Source: Candidatus Nanopelagicales bacterium
Lineage (GTDB): Bacteria; Actinomycetota; Actinomycetes; S36-B12; UBA5976
DNA length: 39,803 nt
Direction of reading: 5' to 3'
NCBI GenBank assembly: GCA_049428425.1
Contig: JBMTAF010000002.1
Location: 1-39,803 of the forward strand
Shown: positions 20,477-29,643 of the stretch, piece after piece
Position numbering within the stretch: the first letter of the stretch is position 1
How the letters are laid out: each line of letters starts with the position of its first letter
Program-made: the position numbers and the translations under genes
Notes under the pieces: generated by a model
Databases searched by the model: none
What the model was told of the DNA's origin: nothing
Seen by the model: the letters and a program-made list of their open reading frames with translations, nothing else

Positions 20477-21283
20477 ATGCACCCATTATCAGCTTCCAGC
20501 GAAGATTTGCATCGAGCTAAATTTGCTCATGTGCTAGGCAATCCAGTGTCTCATTCATTATCGCCGCGGTTACATAATGCTGCCTACGCATATCTGGACC
20601 TCCCGTTTCAATATTCAGCAATTGAGGCTGACGAATCTGAATGTTTAGAATTGATTAACAAATTGCGCGATGGCGAAGTATTCGGTTTATCTTTCACAAT
20701 GCCATTTAAAGAAGTTGCATTTGCATCAGCTGAAGTCAGAAGTCAATTAGTTGATAAGTCACGAAGTGCAAACACCATGGTTTATCGCAGGGGTGAACTT
20801 ACCGCTGAAAACACTGATGTTTATGGCATAACACAAACTTTAATTCGAGCAGCAGCGAATTTCGATGAACCTTGGACCGTTATTGGTACTGGAGCAACGG
20901 CTCGATCTGCTATCTGCGCGCTTCAGGAGTTAGGAGTGGCAAATATATCTGTAGTTGGTCGAAATGAGTCTCGACTCAATGACCTTGTGGATCTCTATGG
21001 TGTAACACCAAATTATGAAATCAAGATTAGTGAATCAAATCTGATAAGCACTATTCCAATGTCGGCACAAAGTGAAATGAGTGATTTTGTAGTCGGAACT
21101 AAATTTTTGCTTGATGTAACTTATGGGTCAACGAAAAGCCACTTTTCTCGGTTAGTGAGTCATAATGGCGGCAGAGTGATTTCGGGAGTTGAGATGTTGG
21201 TGCATCAGGCAGTTATGCAAATTGAGATCATGACGGGCCATAGCATTGCGGCAGAAATTTTGTTTGATGCATTACCCAATTAG
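20477..21283 (+). CDS. aroE: Shikimate dehydrogenase
   Basis: LGNPVSHSLSPRLHNAAY, SFTMPFK, ANT...........ENTD and a GTGATARS Rossmann segment are present. Confidence 0.9.
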   Translation: MHPLSASSEDLHRAKFAHVLGNPVSHSLSPRLHNAAYAYLDLPFQYSAIEADESECLELINKLRDGEVFGLSFTMPFKEVAFASAEVRSQLVDKSRSANTMVYRRGELTAENTDVYGITQTLIRAAANFDEPWTVIGTGATARSAICALQELGVANISVVGRNESRLNDLVDLYGVTPNYEIKISESNLISTIPMSAQSEMSDFVVGTKFLLDVTYGSTKSHFSRLVSHNGGRVISGVEMLVHQAVMQIEIMTGHSIAAEILFDALPN

Positions 21284-21318
21284 GGTGATCCGCAAAAACT
21301 TCTTGCTATAACTTAGGA

Positions 21319-21744
21319 ATGATCTGGATCTATTTTCCGATTTTATTTATCATTTCGATAATTGATATTCGAACTAAAAAAATTCCTGACGGTTGAAATC
21401 TGACGTTAGCCCTGATCGGGATAGGTTTTACAGCACATTTAGTCATTGTTATGAAGAAAAGTTTATGGCTCGGCGTAGGGGGCACTCTGTTGGTTTTCTT
21501 GTGTCTACTCGCTGTGGCTGCCATTACCCATGGTTCATTAGGTGGCGGTGATATCAAGCTGGCCACGGCACTGTCCCTACCAATCTCGACTCTGGGGGTT
21601 GATCAATTAGTGCTTGCTTGGTTAGTTATCGGAATGAGTTGTGTGCCGATATTGGGGCTCGCAGCGATCGGGGCAATATCTTGGAATAGCAGGATTCCTT
21701 TCGCCCCTAGCCTTGCGCTTGGCTACTTGGCTGCGATGGTGTGA
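21319..21744 (+). pseudogene. A24-family (CpaA/TadV-type, short) prepilin peptidase interrupted by an in-frame TGA at 21394-21396
   Basis: ATG at 21319 encodes MIWIYFPILFIISIIDIRTKKIPDG, then TGA. The same frame continues with no further stop through NLTLALIGIGFTAHLVIV to the ATG at 21451 of the 97-aa track ORF. That ORF carries GGGDIKLA, the second catalytic-Asp motif. The first Asp motif (D-x5-IPD) lies upstream of the stop. Confidence 0.75.
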
Positions 21745-21756
21745 GAAACTTCCGCC

Positions 21757-22935
21757 ATGTTGCGATGGCTCACTGCAGGTGAATCACATGGCCCTGCCCT
21801 GACCGCGATCATTGAAGGTTTGCCAGCTGGAATTGGACTTACCACTGATGATCTCCGGGGCGAACTTGCTCGACGTCGCCTTGGCTATGGCCGTGGTGCC
21901 CGAATGAAGTTCGAACAAGATGAAGTTTCAATTTTGGGTGGCGTTAGACATGGAAAATCGATTGGTGGGCCGATATCGATATTGATCAACAATACGGAGT
22001 GGCCGAAATGGGAAGATGTCATGTCGGCCGATCCAGTGGAACCGGAAAAGTTAGCCGAGTTAGCTCGAAATGCACCACTTACTCGACCAAGGCCTGGCCA
22101 TGCTGATCTAGTTGGCATGCAGAAATACGATTTTGCTGAGGCAAGGCCGGTATTAGAGCGGGCGTCAGCAAGAGAAACTGCAGCTCGAGTTGCTCTTGGT
22201 GCAGTTGCCAAAAAGTTCTTAAGCGATGTTGCTTCGGTTAGCGTTATTTCACATGTAGTTTCGATTGGTACGGTTGATCTTCCAGAGGGAATAACTCCTT
22301 TAGCAACTGACCTCGAAATTATCGATGCTGATCCAGTTCGGTGCGTTGACCCATCAACTTCATCTCAGATGCAGGATTTGATCGGAAATGCACATAAGGC
22401 GGGAGACACTTTGGGTGGCGTAGTTGAAGTTGTGGTTTTTGGCTTGCCACCAGGCTTAGGAAGTTATGTGCATTGGGATCGACGCATTGATGCCAAACTT
22501 GCTGCGGCATTAATGGGTATCCAGGCAATCAAGGGAGTTGCGGTAGGGGACGGATTTGATACCGCAAGACGTTTTGGTTCACAAGCGCATGATGAGATGG
22601 AATTGAAGGATGGTGCAATTCAACGTAGCACAAATCGCGCTGGGGGCACTGAGGGCGGTATGACCACCGGTGATTTACTTCGAGTTCGTGCTGCGATGAA
22701 GCCGATTAGCACAGTTCCAAAAGCATTAAGGACGATTGATACCTCAACCATGGAACCTGCCACCGCGCACCATCAACGCAGTGATGTCTGTGCGGTTCCT
22801 GCGGCAGGCGTAGTTGCAGAAGCAATGGTTGCTTTAGTTTTGGCAGACGCCATGCTTGAAAAATTTGGTGGCGATAGCGTTGGCGAGACTCGAAGAAATT
22901 TAGAAAATTATCTGGCGAATTTAAGTGTGTCATGA
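21757..22935 (+). CDS. aroC: Chorismate synthase
   Basis: [32 protein letters not shown] and [10 protein letters not shown] are canonical AroC signatures. Confidence 0.97.
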   Translation: MLRWLTAGESHGPALTAIIEGLPAGIGLTTDDLRGELARRRLGYGRGARMKFEQDEVSILGGVRHGKSIGGPISILINNTEWPKWEDVMSADPVEPEKLAELARNAPLTRPRPGHADLVGMQKYDFAEARPVLERASARETAARVALGAVAKKFLSDVASVSVISHVVSIGTVDLPEGITPLATDLEIIDADPVRCVDPSTSSQMQDLIGNAHKAGDTLGGVVEVVVFGLPPGLGSYVHWDRRIDAKLAAALMGIQAIKGVAVGDGFDTARRFGSQAHDEMELKDGAIQRSTNRAGGTEGGMTTGDLLRVRAAMKPISTVPKALRTIDTSTMEPATAHHQRSDVCAVPAAGVVAEAMVALVLADAMLEKFGGDSVGETRRNLENYLANLSVS

Positions 22936-23453
22936 CTACCTGTGCGTTAGTTGGCATTCCAGGATCAGGAAAGTCAACGGTTGGTAGGGAACTGGCCAAG
23001 CGGTTGTCAGTTGACTTTATCGATACCGATCGCGCAATTGAGCGTAACGCTGGAAAATCAGTGAGTGATATTTTTGTCCAAGACGGTGAAGAAAATTTTC
23101 GAAAGCTAGAAAAAGTAGCAGTATTGGATGCGTTGAAGAATGCCTCGGCAGTGGTTTCTTTAGGTGGCGGTGCTGTGATAGATGGAGATGTCCGTGCGGC
23201 ACTAAAGCAGCATAAAACTTTTTGGTTACAAACCTCCATTCCAAGTGCATTACGGCGTACTAGCATGAATCAAAATCGACCACTACTTCTTGAAGCGCCT
23301 CGCGCCACTTTGATCAAGTTGCTTGAGCAACGAGAGGCCTTCTATCAGGAAGTTTCGCGTGCAGCAGTTGTTACGGATGATAAGAGCATTAAAACTCTAG
23401 TTGATGAAATCGAGGAACTGTTGAAATCAGGTGAGATTAATGAATCGAATTGA
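22932..23453 (+). CDS. aroK: Shikimate kinase
   Basis: P-loop [21 protein letters not shown] and LGGGAV are present. It has an ATGA overlap with aroC. Confidence 0.93.
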   Translation: MTTCALVGIPGSGKSTVGRELAKRLSVDFIDTDRAIERNAGKSVSDIFVQDGEENFRKLEKVAVLDALKNASAVVSLGGGAVIDGDVRAALKQHKTFWLQTSIPSALRRTSMNQNRPLLLEAPRATLIKLLEQREAFYQEVSRAAVVTDDKSIKTLVDEIEELLKSGEINESN

Positions 23454-24516
23454 TTTTCCTGGAAATAATTCCTATCCGGTGTTTATTGGTACTAATTTTG
23501 ATTCATTGATTGAACCTATTATTGCTAACCGCCAGAGGATTGCCGTGTTAACGGCGGCAGCAACTCAACCAATTGGTCAGCGAATAGCGAAATTAGCGGC
23601 CAACCAAGCCGTAGCTATAAAAACCTTGCCGGACGGTGAAGCAGGAAAAGCAATTTCGGTGGCAGAAGAGTGCTGGAATTTCCTTGCTGAAAACAAGATC
23701 GCCAGAGGAGATCTCATTATCGGAATAGGTGGCGGTGCGGTAACTGATCTCGCAAATTTTGTTGCCGCTACCTGGCTACGGGGAGTTAACGTGGTACTGA
23801 TTCCGACTACAGTGTTGGGAATGGTAGATGCTGCAATTGGCGGCAAATGTGGAATCAACACTGAGTCTGGCAAGAATCTAGTTGGTGTGTTTAATGACCC
23901 AATCGCTGTAATTTGTAATCCGGAATTTCTCAGCACGATGGATCCCAAAGATTTCAGGGCTGGATTTGCAGAAATTATTAAGTGCGGTTTCATTTCTGAC
24001 CCCGAGATAATTGAAATTATTAAAAAGGCAGAAAGAACCGTTTTGGATTGGCGCACTGAAGCATTTCAATCGGTGTTACTTCGAGCTATTCAAGTAAAAG
24101 CGCAGGTTGTTGGGGCCGATCCTTATGAAAAGGCCACCGATACGGTTGGCCGGGCAGCTCTAAATTACGGCCACACATTGGGCCATGCGATAGAGAAGTT
24201 CAGCGGTTTTACGTGGCGACACGGTGACGCTATCTCAGTGGGAATGGTTTTTGCCGCCGAATTGGCGTTCAAGATGGGGCTGATTGAAGAAGACCTACTC
24301 AGTTTGCATTATGAGATTCTTGAACTGTTAAGTCTTCCTACCCGATATAACGATGCTTCATTATCTGACTTGATCCCAATCATGGCATTGGATAAAAAAG
24401 TAGCTCAGGGGAATGTCAGATTTGTTTTGTTAACGGAGTTGGGGCGGTCAAAATATGTTTCCGGTATTGAGCCAGATACGCTTGCCGCTGCGTTTGCAGC
24501 CCTGGGGGAGGATTGA
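23431..24516 (+). CDS. aroB: 3-dehydroquinate synthase
   Basis: GGGAVTDLANFVAATWLRGV..V.IPTT.L.MVDAAIGGK, NYGHT.GHA and HGDAISVGM metal/NAD motifs are present. The start is GTG at 23431 or ATG at 23440, and both overlap the aroK 3' end. Confidence 0.95.
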   Translation: MRLMNRIDFPGNNSYPVFIGTNFDSLIEPIIANRQRIAVLTAAATQPIGQRIAKLAANQAVAIKTLPDGEAGKAISVAEECWNFLAENKIARGDLIIGIGGGAVTDLANFVAATWLRGVNVVLIPTTVLGMVDAAIGGKCGINTESGKNLVGVFNDPIAVICNPEFLSTMDPKDFRAGFAEIIKCGFISDPEIIEIIKKAERTVLDWRTEAFQSVLLRAIQVKAQVVGADPYEKATDTVGRAALNYGHTLGHAIEKFSGFTWRHGDAISVGMVFAAELAFKMGLIEEDLLSLHYEILELLSLPTRYNDASLSDLIPIMALDKKVAQGNVRFVLLTELGRSKYVSGIEPDTLAAAFAALGED

Positions 24517-24518
24517 CC

Positions 24519-24953
24519 ATGTCTAAAGTGCTGATTCTCAATGGCCCTAATTTAGGTAGATTGGGAGTGAGAGAGCCAGAAATTTATGGCAACACCAGCT
24601 ATGCAGAACTGACCGAGCTATGCCTGGTAGAGGCAACTAAATTGGGCCTTGAGGTTGAAATGCGTCAAACCGATAGCGAAGCCCAGTTAGTCGCGTGGGT
24701 GCATGAAGCAATTGATAACGAAATGCCCATCGTGATCAACGCAGCTGCATTTACTCATTATTCATATTCATTACGTGATGCCCTGGCTCAGTCCAAGTTC
24801 CCCGTAATCGAGGTACACCTTTCTAACCCGGCGGCCCGCGAAGAATTTCGACAAGTCAGTGTCATCTCAGCGGTATGTACTGGCACCATTTCCGGATTTG
24901 GACCTGATTCATATCGGTTGGCTCTGGCTGCATTGGCTAGACTGCGCAACTGA
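24519..24953 (+). CDS. aroQ: Type II 3-dehydroquinate dehydratase
   Basis: [38 protein letters not shown] and EVHLSN are present. ATG at 24519 is preferred over the in-frame TTG at 24513. Confidence 0.95.
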   Translation: MSKVLILNGPNLGRLGVREPEIYGNTSYAELTELCLVEATKLGLEVEMRQTDSEAQLVAWVHEAIDNEMPIVINAAAFTHYSYSLRDALAQSKFPVIEVHLSNPAAREEFRQVSVISAVCTGTISGFGPDSYRLALAALARLRN

Positions 24954-24972
24954 AATAAACCAAGGGGTAATT

Positions 24973-25530
24973 GTGGCAACCACAAATGATTTGAAAAACG
25001 GCATGGTGCTTAACATCGAAGGGCAACTATGGTCCGTTATTGAGTTCCAGCATGTGAAGCCTGGTAAAGGCGGTGCCTTCGTGCGAACGAAGCTGCGTCA
25101 AGTTCTGACTGGAAAAGTGGTCGACAAAACGTTTAACGCTGGCGTCAAGATTGAAACTGCTACTGTAGATAAGCGAGAAATGCAGTATTTGTATCGAGAT
25201 GGCGATTCATGGGTTTTTATGGATCAAACAAGTTATGACCAGATTCCAATTTCAAATGCAGTAGTTGGAGATGCCGCAGACTATATGCTAGAAAATCAAG
25301 AGGTAATTGTCGCTTTGCATGAAGGTGAACCACTGTTTATCGAAATGCCCGCGAACGTTGAGTTGGTTATCTCCTACACAGAGCCTGGCCTCCAGGGGGA
25401 TAGATCTTCGGGTGGTACAAAACCTGCGAAATTGGAAACCGGCGCTGAAATACAAGTTCCGCTATTCATTGAGATTGGCGAAAAAGTTCGTGTAGATACT
25501 CGAGATGGTTCATATTTGGGTCGCGCATAA
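24973..25530 (+). CDS. efp: Elongation factor P
   Basis: From GTG at 24973 the product is [41 protein letters not shown]..., 185 aa, the normal EF-P length. The ORF-track start at 24859 would add about 38 residues that overlap aroQ. Confidence 0.95.
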   Translation: MATTNDLKNGMVLNIEGQLWSVIEFQHVKPGKGGAFVRTKLRQVLTGKVVDKTFNAGVKIETATVDKREMQYLYRDGDSWVFMDQTSYDQIPISNAVVGDAADYMLENQEVIVALHEGEPLFIEMPANVELVISYTEPGLQGDRSSGGTKPAKLETGAEIQVPLFIEIGEKVRVDTRDGSYLGRA

Positions 25531-25950
25531 ATGTCTGCTCGACATAAGGCGCGCAAGCGCGCATTAGACGCGCTTTATGAAGCTGAAATAAAAGGTTTAC
25601 CAATCTCCGAAATCTGGCAACAACATTCAACGGAAACAGATTTCTCGCCAAATCCATATACCGAAAGATTGGTGCTAGGAATCTCGCTTCATTTACCGGA
25701 GATTGATAGCAAGATCACTCAAGTTAGCACTGGCTGGCGATTGGAACGGATGAGTCCTGTTGACCGATCGATTATTCGAATAGCTGTGTATGAAATGCTT
25801 TACTCGTCGGATGTAGATTTAGCAGTTGCGATTAACGAGTCGGTGTTGTTAGCACAGGAGATCAGTAGCGATGAAGCTCCGGCCTTCGTAAATGGCGTTT
25901 TGGGAGCAATTGCAAGACTCCCAGAAGCGGTTGCTCGAACGACAGTTTAG
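25531..25950 (+). CDS. nusB: Transcription antitermination factor NusB
   Basis: ARHKARKRALDALYEAEI..., R....DR.I.R.A.YE. and FVNGVLG are present. The ATG directly abuts the efp TAA. Confidence 0.93.
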   Translation: MSARHKARKRALDALYEAEIKGLPISEIWQQHSTETDFSPNPYTERLVLGISLHLPEIDSKITQVSTGWRLERMSPVDRSIIRIAVYEMLYSSDVDLAVAINESVLLAQEISSDEAPAFVNGVLGAIARLPEAVARTTV

Positions 25951-25962
25951 AATTCTGACCCT

Positions 25963-26049
25963 GCCCCTGTGGTGGAATTGGCAGACACAGTGGACTCAAA
26001 ATCCACCGCCCGCAAGGGCATAGCGGTTCAAGTCCGCTCAGGGGTACCA
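25963..26049 (+). tRNA. tRNA-Leu (anticodon CAA), class II with long variable arm, CCA encoded
   Basis: Hand-folded. Acceptor GCCCCTG/CAGGGGT (G1-U72). D arm GTGG-AATTGGCAG-ACAC. Anticodon stem GTGGA/TCCAC with loop CTCAAAA. Variable-arm hairpin GCCC-GCAA-GGGC. T arm AGCGG-TTCAAGT-CCGCT. Discriminator A, then CCA. Confidence 0.9.
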
Positions 26050-26065
26050 GATGGGATGATGCATC

Positions 26066-26626
26066 GTGAAAGTTCTAGTTGCTGAAGATGAATCCCTGAT
26101 TCGGCTCGATTTAGTTGAGACACTTAAATCCTTAGATTTTGAAGTAGTAGCTGCGGTAGGTAATGGCGAAGAAGCGGTAGCAGCCGCCAAAAAGTTGGAA
26201 CCAGATGTGGTTCTCCTTGATGTCAAGATGCCAATCATGGATGGGCTTTCAGCAGCTGAAGCGCTAACAGAACATGGATACTGCTGCATTCTCATTACCG
26301 CATTTAGTTCTACAGAAATTGTTAACCGAGCGGTAGAAATCGGAGTCGATGGTTACATAGTTAAGCCGTGGCGAATCGATAACTTACGTCCAGCAATCGA
26401 AATTGGTTATGCACAATCTAGACGCCGAAATAAGTTAGTTGCTGATGTTGAATCATCGCAACAGGAATTAGCGGATCAGAAACTTATTGATCGAGCCAGA
26501 GCCATTGTGATTTCGAAGTATCAGATTTCTGAAGCAGAAGCATTTAAGGTTATGCAGCGATCAGCAATGGATGGCCGCGTGCCAATGATTGAAATCGCTC
26601 GTACGATTATTGATCTCGAAAATTAG
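26066..26626 (+). CDS. pdtaR: ANTAR-domain response regulator (PdtaR-like RNA-binding antiterminator)
   Basis: The REC domain is present (KVLVAEDE..., LLDVKMP phospho-acceptor Asp). The C-terminal ANTAR helix segment is LIDRARAIVISKYQISEAEAFKVMQRSAMDGRVPMIEIARTII. The position near polA mirrors M. tuberculosis Rv1626-Rv1629 (from memory). Confidence 0.88.
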   Translation: MKVLVAEDESLIRLDLVETLKSLDFEVVAAVGNGEEAVAAAKKLEPDVVLLDVKMPIMDGLSAAEALTEHGYCCILITAFSSTEIVNRAVEIGVDGYIVKPWRIDNLRPAIEIGYAQSRRRNKLVADVESSQQELADQKLIDRARAIVISKYQISEAEAFKVMQRSAMDGRVPMIEIARTIIDLEN

Positions 26627-27054
26627 CGCTTAAGGAAGCAAATCACTTGACCACTTGAGGTCAGTTTCCCATTCTCATCATGGATTTGTATTTCATACGT
26701 TGCAATGCTTCTTCCACTGTGAATCAATTTGGCTGTACCTAGCACCTTTCCTGATTTGGCCGCGGCATGATGAGTCATCTGCACTTGCAATCCGACTGCC
26801 CTTTCGGTCGCGGACACTAAAAATAGAGATGCAATTGATGCAAGAGATTCGGCAAGTACTGCGTTGGCACCGCCATGCAAAATGCCAAAAGGTTGGTTAT
26901 TGCCCGCTACTGGCATTTCACCAACGCAATAATCAGCAGCGACTTCAAGGAATTTAATCTCCATCTTGGTGTCTAATCCAGGGATCAAGGCGAGATTCAT
27001 AAGTTCCGCTCGTGCCTTAGGGTCATTTTCTGCGTGTAGTCGGCTTAGGTCCAT
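26623..27054 (-). CDS. Hotdog-fold acyl-CoA thioesterase (PaaI/YbdB/DHNA-CoA hydrolase-like)
   Basis: The 143-aa product has the PaaI-type motif QPFGILHGGANAVLAESLAS and C-terminal beta strands (GRSIATYEIQIHDENGKL). Substrate is unknown. Confidence 0.8.
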   Translation of the reverse strand: MDLSRLHAENDPKARAELMNLALIPGLDTKMEIKFLEVAADYCVGEMPVAGNNQPFGILHGGANAVLAESLASIASLFLVSATERAVGLQVQMTHHAAAKSGKVLGTAKLIHSGRSIATYEIQIHDENGKLTSSGQVICFLKR

Positions 27055-27072
27055 GGCTACAGCCTAGAATCA

Positions 27073-29643
27073 TTGATTGCGGAATACAAAGATAGGCAGC
27101 TAAAAGTGTCGGATCGCTCCAGACTTCTCATAATTGATGGTCATTCACTTGCTTACCGTGCCTTTCACGCCCTACCAGTGGACAAGTTCCATTCGCCGCA
27201 AGGAATTCCAGTTAACGCGGTTTATGGCTTAGCTAGCATGATGATTAACCTGCTAACTGAATATAAACCAACCCATGTTGCAGTTTGCTTTGATGAAGGG
27301 CGAGACACTTTTCGGAAGAAGCTTTTCCCTCAGTACAAGGCCAATCGATCGGCCTCTCCAGATGAATTTAAAGTTCAAGTATCGCTTATTCGCAATCTAG
27401 TTGATGCCCTTGGGATTCAATCATTTAGCGATGCAACTTATGAGGCTGACGATCTGATTGCCACAATTGCAACTAATGCGAGTGAATCTGGTCAAGAGGT
27501 GTTAATAATTACTTCAGACAGAGATTCATTTCAGTTGATTAATGACCAGATCAACGTGCTTTATCCTAAAAAAGGCCTTTCTGAAGTGGCAAGAATGACC
27601 CCGGCCGCAATAGTCGAAAAATATGGGCTGACGCCAAAGCAGTATCTCGATTTCGCAGCGCTCAGGGGTGATTCCAGCGATAACCTGCCAGGCATTCCTG
27701 GTGTAGGTGAGAAAACCGCGGCCAACTGGATTCAAAAGTTTGGGTCTCTTTCGGAACTGATTTCGGCTCAGGATGAACTTACTGGAAAAGTAGGTGAATC
27801 TTTTAGAGCCAATGTAGAAACAGCACAAACAAACTTTAATCTGACAAAATTGGTAACAGATGTTGCGATCGATACTGACCCAGCAAGATTAGCCTGGTCG
27901 GCCGGACAAGCAAAAGAAGCTGTTACACTTTTTGGCGACCTTGGTTTCAAATCACTAATTCCTAGGCTAAGAACTTTAGTTGGCGAAATTGATACTACTG
28001 ATATGAAGTCAACAACGGCCGTTGGTGATCATTCTGTCGTCTATATTTCTGAAAATGTATTGGTGTTGAGTGCTGCGAATACAATTCAAGAGTTTCCAGT
28101 GAATTATTGCGATGAATTAGATCAGATGCTTAAGACAGCATCAGCTAATAACCCAATTCTTACTAATGATTTGAAAGCAATTGCTAAGTTGTACTTAAAT
28201 GCTGGAAAAGAGTCCTCGATTGAGCGGATTACCCAGGTTCTTGACGTACTTATTCTCGAATATCTCAATAACCCGGGAACCAGAATTCAATTGGATGATT
28301 TAGTGGAGAACTCGCAGGCCGATCAGTTATTTACCGATAATTCGCTTTTGCAGGAATATGTCGCAGCAATCGCCAAGTCATATGACCGAGTCTCCTCAGT
28401 ATCACACTTCAAAGAGGTGCTGAAGCTCTATGACACAGTCGAGGGGAGAGTGGCGCTGGTTCTTGCTGAAATGGAGCATTTTGGTATTGCGGTAGATGTT
28501 TCAGGCTTGCGGCAAATGATCGAACGGAAAACTGCTGAGCAACGAAATCTTGAACTGGCTGGATATAAGGAACACGGTCGCGAGTTTAATTTTGGTTCGC
28601 CTAAGCAATTACAAGAAGTATTGTTTGATGAACGAAAATTGACAAAAACAAAGAAGACCAAGACCGGCTTTACGACAGATGCTGATGCACTTGATTTCTT
28701 AATGGTTAAGCATCCAGATGACAAGTTGTTGCAAATCTTGCGAGACTGGCGTGAAACCTCGAAAATTCGACAGATGCTGGTTTCACTCCAAGAATCAATC
28801 ATTAATGGACGGATACACACGACCTTTGGTCAAACAATTGCCGCAACAGGTCGCCTGAGCAGCACTAAACCGAATCTGCAGAACGTGCCGGTTCGAACCG
28901 AATCGGGCCGAGCGATTCGAGAACTCTTTGTTACTGCATCACCTTACGAATATCTAATTACCGCCGACTATTCGCAGATTGAGTTAAGAATTATGGCGCA
29001 CTTGGCCAAGGACAAGGCGTTAATTGAGGCTTTTGCTTCCGGAGAAGATCTTCATATTTCGGTTGCATCCCAGATTTATGGAATTCCATCCAGTGAGGTA
29101 ACGCCAGAGTTGCGCAACCAAATCAAAGCTGTTTCTTATGGATTGGCTTATGGGTTATCGTCTTATGGGCTGTCTCAGAGCTTGAGGATAGATGTCAGTG
29201 AAGCTGATTTATTGATGTCAAAGTTTTTTGAAAGATTTGCTGGGGTTAGGGACTTCTTAAAGCAAGTTGTGATTGAGGCAAGGGAACTCGGCTATACCGA
29301 AACTCTGCTGGGTCGTCGTAGGTATTTACCAGATCTGTCTCATGACAATCGATTTAGGCGAGAGGTTGCTGAGCGCGCTGCATTAAATGCACCAATCCAA
29401 GGAACCGCAGCAGACATAATTAAATTGGCAATGGTTAAGTTGAGTGAACAATTGAGGCAGTCGGGATTGGAAGCGCGTTTATTGCTTCAAGTGCATGACG
29501 AATTGGTGCTCGAGGTGACCAAAAAAGATTTAGACCTGGTAGTCGAACTGACGAAAAAGGCAATGACTCAAGTCATGAACCTATCGGTACCCTTGGAAGT
29601 ATCGGTCGGTTATGGCAAAAATTGGTTAACCGCGGCGCACTGA
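27073..29643 (+). CDS. polA: DNA polymerase I
   Basis: It has the 5'-nuclease domain (LLIIDGHSLAYRAFHAL, GIPGVGEKTA), a central exo-like domain and the Pol A motifs (DYSQIELRIMAHLA, RRxAKxxNFG-like RNQIKAVSYGLAYG, QVHDELV). The start is TTG at 27073 or in-frame GTG at 27106. Confidence 0.96.
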   Translation: MIAEYKDRQLKVSDRSRLLIIDGHSLAYRAFHALPVDKFHSPQGIPVNAVYGLASMMINLLTEYKPTHVAVCFDEGRDTFRKKLFPQYKANRSASPDEFKVQVSLIRNLVDALGIQSFSDATYEADDLIATIATNASESGQEVLIITSDRDSFQLINDQINVLYPKKGLSEVARMTPAAIVEKYGLTPKQYLDFAALRGDSSDNLPGIPGVGEKTAANWIQKFGSLSELISAQDELTGKVGESFRANVETAQTNFNLTKLVTDVAIDTDPARLAWSAGQAKEAVTLFGDLGFKSLIPRLRTLVGEIDTTDMKSTTAVGDHSVVYISENVLVLSAANTIQEFPVNYCDELDQMLKTASANNPILTNDLKAIAKLYLNAGKESSIERITQVLDVLILEYLNNPGTRIQLDDLVENSQADQLFTDNSLLQEYVAAIAKSYDRVSSVSHFKEVLKLYDTVEGRVALVLAEMEHFGIAVDVSGLRQMIERKTAEQRNLELAGYKEHGREFNFGSPKQLQEVLFDERKLTKTKKTKTGFTTDADALDFLMVKHPDDKLLQILRDWRETSKIRQMLVSLQESIINGRIHTTFGQTIAATGRLSSTKPNLQNVPVRTESGRAIRELFVTASPYEYLITADYSQIELRIMAHLAKDKALIEAFASGEDLHISVASQIYGIPSSEVTPELRNQIKAVSYGLAYGLSSYGLSQSLRIDVSEADLLMSKFFERFAGVRDFLKQVVIEARELGYTETLLGRRRYLPDLSHDNRFRREVAERAALNAPIQGTAADIIKLAMVKLSEQLRQSGLEARLLLQVHDELVLEVTKKDLDLVVELTKKAMTQVMNLSVPLEVSVGYGKNWLTAAH

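Noticed and set aside
21374-21381. A7 homopolymer 13 nt upstream of the in-frame TGA, considered as a slipped-strand phase-variation switch
   Set aside because: The conserved motifs upstream and downstream of the TGA are in the same frame. No frameshift is needed or helpful, and changing the tract length would destroy the downstream frame rather than restore it.
21394-21396. Possibility that TGA is reassigned (Trp or Gly) genome-wide, making the prepilin peptidase intact
   Set aside because: TGA ends many conserved genes in this window at their expected lengths, including ruvA, ruvB, secD, secF, hisS, aspS, aroC, aroK, aroB, polA, uvrB, terC and uvrA. The standard code applies. Only local read-through, mutation or sequence error remain as explanations.
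24859-24972. Long N-terminal extension of efp in the ORF track (223 aa, starting at ATG 24859)
   Set aside because: The extension overlaps the aroQ coding region and has no EF-P similarity. GTG at 24973 gives a normal-length EF-P of about 185 aa beginning [10 protein letters not shown]. The same reasoning was applied to the MBL hydrolase (12528 moved to 12663) and the PPIase (12565 moved to 12547).
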